Assembly: GCF_009834535.1 (NCBI RefSeq)
Contig: NC_045696.1
Location: 86,678,001-86,742,000, forward strand
Length of the DNA: 64,000 nt
Source of the DNA: Camelus ferus
Taxonomy: Eukaryota
Direction of reading: 5' to 3'
The position numbers and the translations under genes are program-made. Shown piece after piece: positions 1-11,368 of this stretch (its first letter is position 1; each line of letters opens with the position of its first letter). The notes beneath the pieces are model-generated. The model did no database searches, was not told the origin of the DNA, and saw only the letters and a list, made by a program, of their open reading frames with translations.

Positions 1-60
1 ACCCAAACCAGGGAAAGACACCATCAGAAAAGCAAACTCAGGCCATTTTCCCTGAAGAAC
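1..60 (+). mobile_element. Short LINE-1 ORF2 fragment at the window edge
   Basis: cccaaaccagggaaagacaccatcagaaaagcaaactcaggcc...tccctgaagaac resembles the L1 ORF2 segment encoding PKPxKDTTxKENYRPISLMN. Confidence 0.55.
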
Positions 61-164
61 TTTGCTTTTCAAACCACTGGATATGTTGGACTCCTCTGTA
101 CTATTGTTTAACCTAGCCCATTCAGACTAGCACACATTCTATCAGTGATGAGTTACTGACAAAA

Positions 165-470
165 CAAAATCTAAAGCATGTGGCATTATCTGACGTCTAT
201 TGGCTAGCAGTATGGAAATAATTGCCTGATACTGGAATGATGGTAATCCATTAGAAGTAAACAGCAATTTTGAGGGTAAAATTGTTGCCTCATGTTACAT
301 ATGAAATAGACCATATACCATGAAGCCTGTAGCTCTAGGGGAAAGGCTGGTAATCAGGATAATAATAGCAGCGGGTAATAGTTACTATTGGCTTCATTTA
401 ATTAGCTATTACAAGACAGGTGTGAGTTCAAAATAATTGATGGACTGCAATTTCTGGTCAGAATGTAGAA
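165..470 (+). mobile_element. Degraded MaLR (MLT1-type) internal sequence
   Basis: aaaatctaaagcatgtggcatt...ggtaaaattgttgcctc...gaagcctgtagctctagggg resembles MLT1-int. Confidence 0.4.
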
Positions 471-695
471 GGTAGGGACAGATTATTGCTGCCATCATAA
501 AAAATAGATTAAAATATTTAAAAATATGTGTATGTATGTGTGTCAAAATTTTTTAGTATGAAATGTCCTCTTTTTCTCTAACAATAAGTTTTTTAAACTA
601 ATAATTTTAGACATGGATAAAATGTTTGAGAATAGTCAAAAGATTAACACACTCATCATCTAGAGTCCTAAAATGATAACATTTTAAATTAGTTA

Positions 696-700
<5 letters not shown>

Positions 701-756
<56 letters not shown>

Positions 757-781
757 CACACACACACACACTCACACACAT
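701..781. repeat. Compound (TA)n(CA)n microsatellite
   Basis: About 26 TA units followed by an interrupted CA run. Confidence 0.97.
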
Positions 782-784
782 ATT

Positions 785-2090
785 TGGATTTTCTAATATT
801 ACCTCCAGATTAGATTTCAGTTACACAGTTTTGGCAGCAATAATGTGCAAGTGATGTTACACTATTTTAAAACTGCATCATGTCAGGAAACTCATGGGAT
901 TTATATGATCCAGCAATGATGATGTTAATTTTATTCACATGACCAAGAAAGGGCCTGGGGGCCTTCTTTAGTGGAGAGTTACTATTTGTTTCTTTTGTAT
1001 TTCATAATTATCTTTGGGGGAGATACTTTAATATTCTATAAATATAGTACTCTTCAAGTTTTCACCCATGAGTTTTAGTATTCATGATGATTCTCATTTA
1101 AATAAATTGTTATTATAATGTTTTTGAAATAGTGATCTCTTTTCAAAATTTCTTATTTCTTTTTTGCCTTTCTACTTTGTGGAAGGGCTTTCTTTTCTCA
1201 TTATTTCTTTTTATCATGGTGGACTCAGAGATTTCTAATTTATTCAGTGGGTCTTGTTCATGGCACAACTGCCCCATTTTGAAGGGAAGACATTTTAAGC
1301 TGACCCCTTCATCTTTTGGTTTGTTCCTTTCATTCCTTTAGCACTTTCTTACTTTCTAGACAAGATATTTCAGATTTATCTTGAACTTTTGCTCTTCTAG
1401 TCCTGGAATCAGGTCTTTCCCCGTGGAGTCTTTGTTCACTTTAGCATGAGTTCATGGACACTAGAAAATTATTGTTTTAGACTGACTATATCTATATGCA
1501 CACATATGTATGTGCATACACACATACACATATATGTACATAGAAGATACATCTGTATCAATTTATGGATATAGCTATATTTAAAACTCTATGAATCTAT
1601 ATTTATGCCTGTATACACCTATATCTGAATATGTATCAGTATGTGTTTCTGCTTAAACATATGAGCTCACACTGACATCTCCCACTCCAATCCATCAGCA
1701 AAGCCTCATTCCACCCTTTTCTCCTGTTCTATATTTATAACTTCCATCTCCACAATGAGAAGACAAGCTCCAATTATCCACAGTATATTTACATAATCAG
1801 TAAATCCTTGAATACCCAAAAAGTTGTTTCAGAATTTCTAACTATGTCTCTGTGAAAAATAAAGCTATTAACTATAGAGTTCAATATTTTTAGAGTTATT
1901 TTTTCTTAGCCTGAGGATATATCATCCAAATGCTGATTAAAAACCATTTGGGCTAGTACTCTCTCATGAATTTCATAGTGGTTATGCTATTTATTTGAAA
2001 TATGATTTGGTTTATTTGTCTCTGTATTCTATTTTCATTTTCCACTCTTTTATTTATTTTCTTTTTATTTTTTGTGTGAACATTGAGATT
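785..2090 (-). mobile_element. Old L1MC-type 3' end fragments
   Basis: gattagatttcagttacacagttttggcag...gatgatgttaatttt...tctagtcctggaatcagg...ctgacatctcccactccaatcca match antisense L1MC4/5-like 3' UTR motifs. Confidence 0.6.
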
Positions 2091-4194
2091 CTGAAGTCCT
2101 AATTCTACAGAAAGATATATTTTCTGAATAATTCTTAAGATAGAGAGAAAAGGGTCTTATTGCTCCTGAAAATATTAATATAAACATTAATTTGGATGAA
2201 TATATTAAGTGAAATAAATAATTTCCCTATTAAACATATCACCTAATATAGGAGAGGTTCTGTGATACATAGTTTTAAAACTAATCATATTAAAGCACTT
2301 CATTCTAAACCCTACCCCCACACCATGACAGGCACAAATAAGATTTTTTCCTTTTGGTAGTTTTAACAATAGAAAAGGTGACTGAAATCATGAAGAAAAA
2401 CTTTATAGTCTAAATAATATAAAATCCACTCCATGGATGAGTGAGTAAGGTGGTGCTATGCTTCAGAAATCTCAACTGGCTTTTCTTGGTTAAAGTAAAT
2501 CAAGAGAGGATGTAGAAAATATTTTATCTCATTTAAAAAATTTTTAAATGTTATTTGCCTAGTGATGAAGCACCTCTTTAAAATATCAAATTATTGTATT
2601 CCATATCTATCAACATCCCCAATTATATTTTACAGCTAATTACTTATTCTAAGTTTTGTAATTTTTATTTAAAGTGAATAGAACTGAGCATATGCAACAC
2701 AACTCCATTACATTAATATTATATAAGCCCAGTCTTTACTTATTAAGAACATATAACATTGGAGGAAAATTATCCAGTATTAATTGTGTACTAACCTATG
2801 TACAATTAAAAAAACATATTTATGCACTTTTCACTTTATTGAGAGATGTAAGAGCTAATTTTGGACAATCAAATATAAAAGCTATTTTTAAATTGATGTC
2901 ATATAATCATGAGCTAAAATACCTATTACATTTGCTTTTAATCTTAAAATGCTATTATATTTAAATCATATATCAATATACAATATATTTTATATCATAA
3001 TTACATATTACGTAGTATGTATTATTAAATTATAGAATTTATTATATTGCTTGTATGTGTGCATTTATCTATCTATATATTCATATCCATATCTCTATCT
3101 ATCTAGTTATCTATTCAGAAGATCTCATGAAGTAACATACTTGTCCAATAGTAATTGAATTCTCTTTCCTAAGATGAAGATAGTCAGAGAGACAGAGGCT
3201 ACAAGTAGCAGGTAAAAAGAAATATCAGAACAAGATAATGTAAGAAAGTAATTGACTGAAACATTACGTTTTGATTTTTAAAGTAAAAATTGTTCAAAAA
3301 ATAAAATAAGTGATTAACTTCTACACAATTTTTATGAAGTATGTAACATTACTGATAAAATGTTATTGACAGTCATCCTTAATGTCTTTGAGAACCCCAG
3401 GTAAAATAACAGGACAAATTGATAACCATGTAATAATTCTCTCAGTTATCCAGACAAGTAACTTCTGTTTTGAAATGTGTAGTAAATGATTAGAAATATT
3501 TAGGTCCTTTTATACTATGCTTCCTGATATTTTTTCCATAAAAATTTACTGAACTGTGTATATAAAAATTCTCAAAATTTTACAAACAGAAGTGAATTTT
3601 ATACATAGAAAAATTTTACTCACATGTCAAGTATGCATCTGTTTAGATGTTCTCATAAACAATGTCTTTTCTCCTAAAGATAAATAAAAAATGGAATATT
3701 AGATCATTTTTAAGAAAGCATATGAGAAAGGAGGGCATTGAGGTGACAAAATGCATCGATTTCTTTATACTCAAAACTTTCATGTTTTCAAGAAAATAGA
3801 ATTTCTACCTACTTTCACACTATCATATAACAAATATTACTAAGTATTTGAAAACAGTAATAAATTAATAAATACACATGATTATAAGTTCTGAATAAAA
3901 CCCAAAGAAAGGAAATTTAAAATTAGCTTGTATGACTAGACTGAACTGCAATAATTATAGTATCCATATCAACAGTAATAACAAAATGAACAGTCAAATT
4001 ACTTCTTGATTCATGAGCACCATTTAATTAATCAGATTTTGCTCAACTATGAGAAATCATAGAACAAAGGCAAATAATAACTACTCTTTCTTAAAAATAA
4101 ACACTGGGAGAAAATTAGCCAAAAATTAGACACCTGATGTAACCACAAATTTGATTTTCTAAATCTTAAATTTGATCAGATTTTATTAATTTAG

Positions 4195-4440
4195 TTTTCT
4201 ACAAATATTTATTAAGCACCTACTTTGTGCTATTCATACAGTAGTGAACAAAATAGATAAAAATTCCTGTCCTCTTGTGACTACAGTTTAATGAGGCTTT
4301 AGTTGTGATAGTAAGAATTTTGAAAAATAATATTTAAGTTATATGATATGTTAGATATTAAGTCTTTGAACATAATTAAGAAGACAGACTGGAGGATATG
4401 AAAATGTTTGGAGAAGTGGTTATAATTTTAAGTGGTATGT
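4195..4440 (-). mobile_element. L2 3' end fragment
   Basis: acaaatatttattaagcacctactttgtgc...acagtagtgaacaaaatagataaaaattcctgtcctc is the antisense L2 tail. Confidence 0.7.
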
Positions 4441-4454
4441 TTACAGAGAGTATA

Positions 4455-4850
4455 CTAGTCAGGTAGGCTAAGTTACAGTAAAAAAAAAAAAATAGCTCAA
4501 GTTTTAATTGGCTTAGCATATAAATGTGTCTTTTTAATTCATGCAAATTCTTCTGTATATCTGGCAGCTCACTATGGTAACTTCCTCCTAAGCAGTGATA
4601 CAGGGATCCTAATTCAAGCTCCATCAAAACAAAACAAGACTTTTATTATTGCTGGGATGGAGATGAGCAATTGGGCATATTGGTTATGAGTTTATCACTG
4701 TCCAACTATAACTGGATTGGGTACAATATGACTAATTTTGGCTGGTGACTGTGAAAAGAAATAGAGTGACATGTCTAAAGGCAATCATGTCACTCAGGCA
4801 AGAAAAGAAGGAAATTTAGATACTTATGAACACTAGTAGTATCACCATAA
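4455..4850 (-). mobile_element. MaLR LTR (MLT1J/K-like), degraded
   Basis: Begins tagtcaggtaggctaagttacagtaaaa...ttggcttagcat and ends tgaacactagtagtatcacca. Confidence 0.5.
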
Positions 4851-6039
4851 GTGCTTTACTGGGAAGGTTAACACTTAAGTAAAGAGTGGAGAGAACTGAG
4901 GAATTTATTTATATTTAACTTATTTTTATATATGAAAAAATCCAGATGAAAAAAGCAAATTCACACAGCGTGAGAGGCTGCATGGTGAGCTGGATTAAGG
5001 AAACTTTCTAAGAAACATTATGCTTAAAATAGGGATGGGCTGCCCCTGAGATAAGACACGTTAAAAAACCTCCCCAATTAGAATAATGGTAGATGTATAC
5101 TAATTCTGAGAGCAGTTGAGATCACCCTTCTGTTTCCTCACAGCTCTTGTAGATGCTGCAGAACATGCAGAGGCAGCATGGTATCCTAGGACACCAAGAA
5201 TCTGAATTAAATACTCCAAAATGGGAAAGAAGCACCAGAGCCCCAGAGGTTTATGGAAGATCAATTCTATTCTGGTATCCAGGTTAGTCAAAGACCAGAG
5301 GGAACTCTGCTACGTATGAAATGCAATATTTTGGCTCAATAAGCGGGTTATTGGTGGGGACCTTAGTGATAAATGAAAATTTATGTCTTATTTGCTAAAA
5401 GAGATAGCAACTTAAACAGGTCATATATTAAAATTATACTGATCGGTTTCTAACAATGGGAACAAAGGCTGGATCTAAGAGTCTGGTCATGAAGTCTTCC
5501 ATGAAGCCTAAGTTGCTGTGTGGTTATGTCTTCACCCTAAAACAAATTCTCTTTGAGAAGTTTATACAGTGTTTCAATTAAGAACTGTGTACCACCACAA
5601 TTAGTTCTGTTTCAGTGGCACAGTGAAGTATAACTTTGTGTCCTTACTATCCCAGGTTTGTGTGGATGGATTCTTCACATAATCAACATGGAAATTAGTG
5701 ACTTTTGCTTTAGGCAATCTACATTCATGACTTTCTCTTCCTAGCAACCCTGATTATGGATAATCTATAATTACTTTTCCAAATGATGAATTTCTAGGTC
5801 AAAAGTTATACCTCTTACAAAGCTTTTAATTCATGGGCCAAAATTCCTTTCAGAGAGATTGTATTATATGATATTCCAAGCTTATTTAGGGTTTGGAAGA
5901 AAAAAATCACGCCAATTTTGTAAGTGAACAACCATATCTTTTCTACAAACATACCACTTTAACAATAAAAAATCTAATTATTAGAAAAGTTTGTCTTTAC
6001 TTCATATTCTCTTATGATTCCCCATTAACAATATAGTCA

Positions 6040-6285
6040 GTGTTTAAACATATAATCAGTTTGTGTATTTCTTGGGTTTGAATTTTGACTCCACAATTAA
6101 CTCTGTGAGATCTTGAGCAAATAATTCAACTCAATGTCTCTGTTTCTCATCTGTCATCTGTAATACATTATAATACTAAGGCCAATTTTATAAGATTATT
6201 TTGAGGAATTAATTGAGATAACGTGTATAACAATTTAGCAGAGTGATTCTCCAAAATATGCACTGGAGAAATGTTAACTATTATT
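6040..6285 (+). mobile_element. MIR SINE
   Basis: gggtttgaattttgactccac...tgtgagatcttgagcaaataattcaactc...tctgtttctcatctgt core, with aaatgttaactattatt tail. Confidence 0.8.
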
Positions 6286-7140
6286 TCATACAATTTTGGG
6301 GGAAAAAAAGTAGGAAACCTATGTCAATTTTTGAACTAAAAAGTTAAAAAAATCAAATGTGAATAATTCATACAGAATCTTTTAAACTATGCCTTTTCCT
6401 CCAAATTAATTATAAGGTTTTTATTTACAAATATTTAAAAAATTATTTTTTAATTCACCATAAAACTGCTGGTATTTTACTTTGGGTGTCTTTTCATGTA
6501 AAAGCATTTATTGCTTACATGATTTTTATAACACAGACAAATTTAAATATGCTGTCTGACTTTGTGCCAGAGAACAATGAACTTCATACTGCTTTTAATA
6601 CAGCTCTCAGATTGATTGCTAAAATGAAAAGAAGTGGTGAAAACCCACCCATTGTTTGGCAAATGCATGCTGACTCTGCAGGTGAAGTAACTCATTTTAC
6701 TGAACAATATTCCCCTTGCCAGGCCCTCACTCTGTGAAAGTCAATGAAAGACTCTTCAAAGTGGCAGGTACCATTTTGAACACTATGACATTTTTTGTTT
6801 GTTTGCTTTCATAATATGCCTATAATTACGCTTACAGGTTTAAATTATTATTTGGGAGATGGTGAAATTAGTATTTATGGAGTAAAAAATGCAGCATTTG
6901 CACAAATGATTATGAATTTCTTCAATTACTGTCATTGGTAGTAATTTTGAAGTAGTAATGTTAAAAGTAACCCAACTTTCCGTTTAAAACATAGTCAGAA
7001 ATCAACTAAGATACTATGAAAAGTTTTGAAGAAAATAAAATCATTTTTAAAACTATTAACTTGGTAGATCATGTGTTAACATTCCTAGAATTAAATTTAT
7101 TATCTTTGTCATTCCAAACATTCAGGTGTTTAAATCTGTT

Positions 7141-7282
7141 GGGGGAGGGTATAGCTCAAGCCGTAGAGCGCATGCTTAGCATGCATTAGGTCCTGTGATC
7201 AATCCCCAGTACCTCCTCTAAGAATAAATAAATAAATCTAATTGCCTCTCCCCACCAAAAAAAAAAAAAAAAAAAAAAAAAA
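7141..7282 (+). mobile_element. tRNA-Ala-derived SINE (camelid Vic-1-like), long-tail form
   Basis: gggggagggtatagctcaagccgtagagcgcatgcttagcatgcattaggtcc...aatccccagtacctcc head with AGC anticodon arm, (AAAT)n plus ctaattgcctctccccacc tail, and A26. Confidence 0.9.
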
Positions 7283-7734
7283 GACCTGTGGATTGTTAAC
7301 AAGCAAAAGGAGAGTTGATGAGTAACAGACCCATTTTTGTTAAATATATATTTCATTTGTTTCAGTTTATAATGATGTTATAACAGGAGAAAAAAATTAA
7401 TATATGTGAAGCATTTAGCTGCAAATAAATATATTGAGCCTCACAGATTTCCCAGTGAAAACTGGAGGTCTGTCTCTTGAATATCACCAATGATTTTTAT
7501 AAAGAATTTCACACATTTCTTTATAATCAGTATTGATTTGATGCTTTATGGTATACAAGATTATCTTAATATGTATTGTCATTTAACCAGAAAGGAATAT
7601 AATAAAATAAGTTATTTTGGCAAATTATCCAGTTGATGTAGCTGAATTCCAAAAGCGCTAGGAAGCTTCCCAAGGCCAATACCCAGTGAATATTGAAAGC
7701 ATTACAACAACTAGATCAGCTACTTTAATAAAAT

Positions 7735-8165
7735 CAGCACTCTCCACACCACTGCCAGTATGATCATTTAAAACACGTATCAGACCATATCTCTGCTCCA
7801 ACAGTTTCTATTTCACTCAGATTGAAATAGAAAATCCTACCACTCCCTGTACCTTTCACATAAACCAATTCCCTATTTTTATGATCACTTGCATATTCCT
7901 CTAGCTCTGATCATACTGGTCTCCTTTCCAGCTCTCAAATAGAACAAAGATGCGGCTATTTCATAATCTTTGTACCTGCTGTTTCCTCTGCCTGGAACAT
8001 TCTTCCACAGACAGTCATATCACTCACTTCTTCACTCTATTTTGGTCACTTATTAAATATTACCACCACAAAGAGGCCTTTTATGATCACCCTATACAAA
8101 ATAACCCCGGAACTTTGCTCTTATCCATCTTTATTTTCCTTCATAGTGTTCATCACTAATTGTTC
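7735..8165 (+). mobile_element. L2 (L2a-like) fragment
   Basis: tttgtacctgctgtttcctctgcctggaacattcttcc...cactcacttcttcactc...agaggccttttatgatcaccctat. Confidence 0.8.
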
Positions 8166-8674
8166 ATTATTTTATAATTACACTCAAAAATATGTATTAC
8201 TTCTAAATCACAGACTTCTGGTTCCTTGGATGGCAAGTGCACTTACTGGAAATAAGTGTTTAGTTCATCTGCTGGTTCTTCTGTTTCCATTTACTTTGCT
8301 AGAACAGTTCCCAAAATTTAAATGTCCAAAACATGGTGACAGTGCTGATGGAACTCATATAAACGGCATTGTGATTTAAACTATGTATGACCACCATGCA
8401 CTTAAAGGATCATATCAGATATGTATAACTGATAAACCAGAATTATATTTAAAGGCTGAGCATTTTTAAGATTAATTTTCATGTGAGCATTCAGTTGTGA
8501 GTTGCAAATAGGGACATACTGGCTGCTCCATCTTATGGATCACACACATTTGAATCCTCTATGGGTGCCAACCTAATCTATAGCTGCTGAATCTGATACT
8601 AAGGTTAAGTCTCAGCTCAACTGCCTTTGAAGCATCTTACAAGATATACCTCTACCCGCAGAGTTATTCAGCTA

Positions 8675-11368
8675 CTACCTATAGGTGCTCCTATATAGGT
8701 TGTGTGTATGTTAGTGAGTGTAATATCCTCTTCTTGTATTGATTCCTTTACCACTATACAATGATATTCTTTGCTTTTCATTACGTCCTTTGTCTTAAAG
8801 TCTATTTTGTCTGATACAAGAATTGCTACCCATGCTTTCTTGTCATTTCCATTTACATGAACTACCTTTTCTAATCTCCCACTTTCAGTCTGTGTCTTTT
8901 GCCCTGAAGTGAGTCCTTTATAGGCAGCATATTGCAAGTTCTTGCTTTTTTCAAATACAATTAGCCACTCTATGTCTTTAGATCCAAGTACTTAGTCCAC
9001 TGATGTTTAAAATAATTATTGATGAGTATTTACTTCTTGCCATTTTATTTCTTGTTTTCTGGCTCTTTTGTAGTTCTTCTTTGTCCATTTCTTTTTCTTC
9101 TTTTTCTTTTTTTCTTTCATGGTTTGATTATTTTCTTTTGTAATATGCTTGAATTTCTTTCTTTTCAGTATTTGTGAATCTATTGTATGTTTTTGATTTG
9201 TGATTTTGATGTCCTAATTTATATCTTCATACTTATCCTTTTACTATTTATTGTAGTTATGATCACTTTTATAATTTTTTTGGTTTTTAATTTACATACT
9301 GGCATATTTAAATGATCTTCAGTCTTTACTGTATATTTGCCTTTTCTATTGGGATTTCCCCTTTCCTATAGATTCCTGATTCTTTTCTCTTTAGAGTATA
9401 ACCTTCAATACTTCTTTTAGGATAGGTTTAGTATTGCTGAGTTCTTTTTGTTTTTGCTTGTCTGAGAAATTCTTTATCTCTCCATCTATTCTATTTTTGC
9501 CTGGTAGAATATCCTAGGAGGCAGATTTTTCTCTTTCAGGACTTGGAATATATCATGTCTCTCCCTTCTACCCAGTAAAGTTTCTGCAGAGAAATCAGTT
9601 TATAGACTGATGGAGCTTCCTTTGTACGTAACTCTTTGTTTTTCTCTTGCCACGTTTAGTTTTCTCTTTATCTTTAACTTATGCCATTTTAATTATAACA
9701 GGTGTTCATGTGGGTCTGTTTGACTTTATCTTGCTTAGCACCCTCTGTGTTTCCTATACCTTTTAGCTTTTTCCTTCTTTAAGTTTGGGAAGTTTTCAGC
9801 CATAACGTCTTCAAATACATTTTTAATCCCCTTCTCTCTTCTTCTGGGACTCTTATAATGCACATTTTATATTATCCATAGATCTTGTATGTTGCTTTCA
9901 TTTATTTATTTATTTGTATTTGTATTTTCTGTCTGCTATTCTGCTTGGCTGATTTCCATTACTCTCTTTTCCAGATCACTTAATTGTTCCTCCGTGTCAT
10001 TTAGCTGGCTGCTCATTGCTTCAAAATTGCTTTTTATCTCAGATATTGAACTATATATTTTTGATTGGTTCATCTTTATAGTTTTTAGTTCCTGTTATAG
10101 TGATCTGCATTTATATTGATAATATTTGTTAATTCAGTTAGTATTTTTATTACTATATTTTTGAACTTGGAGTCTGTCGGACCAGTGATCTCTATTTCAT
10201 TATTTATTCTTTCAGGAGATTTTTCTTGCTCTTTTAGTTGTGAATAGTTCCTTTGCCGTTTCATTTTACTTATTTTTCTCAATCTCTATGAGTTTAGGAG
10301 ACACAGTTATCTGTTGTAGTCTTGAAGGGGTGTTTTTATGTGAGAGTATCTCTGTGTAGATTGTGTGTGTCCAGTGTGTTTGGTGGGAGGGCCGGTTTTG
10401 ATGTGGATGCCAGCCATTTCTTTCCTAAGGGTATGCTGGCCACTATCACCTAGAAAAGGAGTGTTGTTGGTGCTGGAGGGTCTAAAACCTATGCAGGGTG
10501 TGAGGCAGGACTTCCTCTCTGCTCTGTGGCCACCCTGTAAAGGATGAGATCTGCTCCCTAGTTGTTGGAGTAGAAATCCTGAGGGTCAGGCTTGATCAAG
10601 TTCCATTCCCCTTGAGCGTGTATCTTGCCCCAAAGGAGGGGAGTGCTGGAGCAAGTGAAGCCCAGAACCCTGTCTTCCCCATTTCCAGGGCCAAGCTGTG
10701 GTGTGGAGCGGCAGGACTGAAGTGCTCACTCAGCTGATAGATGCACTGCTGCTCTGAGCTGGTCCTGGTGTTTCCCTAGGTGCTGCCTAAGTAAGCACCA
10801 GCAATGGCTGCCACCATCACACCCAGACTGAAGCCTAGGCCCCTGGGCTGTCATTAAATAGTTAGACCAAGTCTTTTCCCAGGCCCTGGCTGGCCCAGGA
10901 CCCATGCCAAACTGTGGTGTTGAGTGAAAGTGGCTGTGGTGTTCATCCCTTTGGGTTGGAGAGTGCAGTAAGGCAGCAGACCAGAGCTCTCTCCACACTG
11001 CTTGTTGGCAAGCTAGCATCTGCACATTCAAGTGTAGGCTTCTCTAGCCCTTCTGTCTGTCCCAGCAGTTCTCCTAGCAGCCAAGGAAGCTTGTCTTCTC
11101 CACACTGAACCCCAGGACTGGGACGCCCAGTCTGTGGCTCAACCTTCTCTTCCTTCAGATCCCTCCCAGAGGCAGAGGTCTCAACCCACATGACTTTTTT
11201 CTGTCCTACCAAGTTACATGAAAATATTTCTTGCAGCATGGTTGTATAGCAGTTCTGCCATCTTCCAATCAGTTTTCTATGAGAGTTGTTCCACCTGTAG
11301 ATATGTTTGATGTGTTTGTGTGGGGAGGTCAGCTCCACATCCTCCTACTCCGCCATCTTAATCCAATC
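8675..11368 (-). mobile_element. LINE-1 5' half: 5' UTR, degraded ORF1, inter-ORF spacer and start of ORF2 endonuclease; 3' part missing
   Basis: Minus strand starts gattggattaagatggcggagtaggagg. ORF1 N-terminus MKRQRNYSQLKEQEKSPE at about 10280, ORF1 end about 9390, ORF2 ATG at 9043, endonuclease motif KKAWVAILVSDKIDFK. Confidence 0.9.

Noticed and set aside
6486..6737. 83-aa ORF in unique sequence
   Set aside because: GTG start, no recognised homology and no clear splice or Kozak context; treated as a possible non-coding element instead
7141..7217. Possible tRNA-Ala(AGC) gene
   Set aside because: Damaged A/B boxes and stems, extra 5' G-rich leader and polyA tail mark it as a SINE
10365..11338. 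Cluster of 60-131 aa ORFs on both strands
   Set aside because: They lie in the GC-rich L1 5' UTR where stops are rarer, and show no recognisable protein similarity
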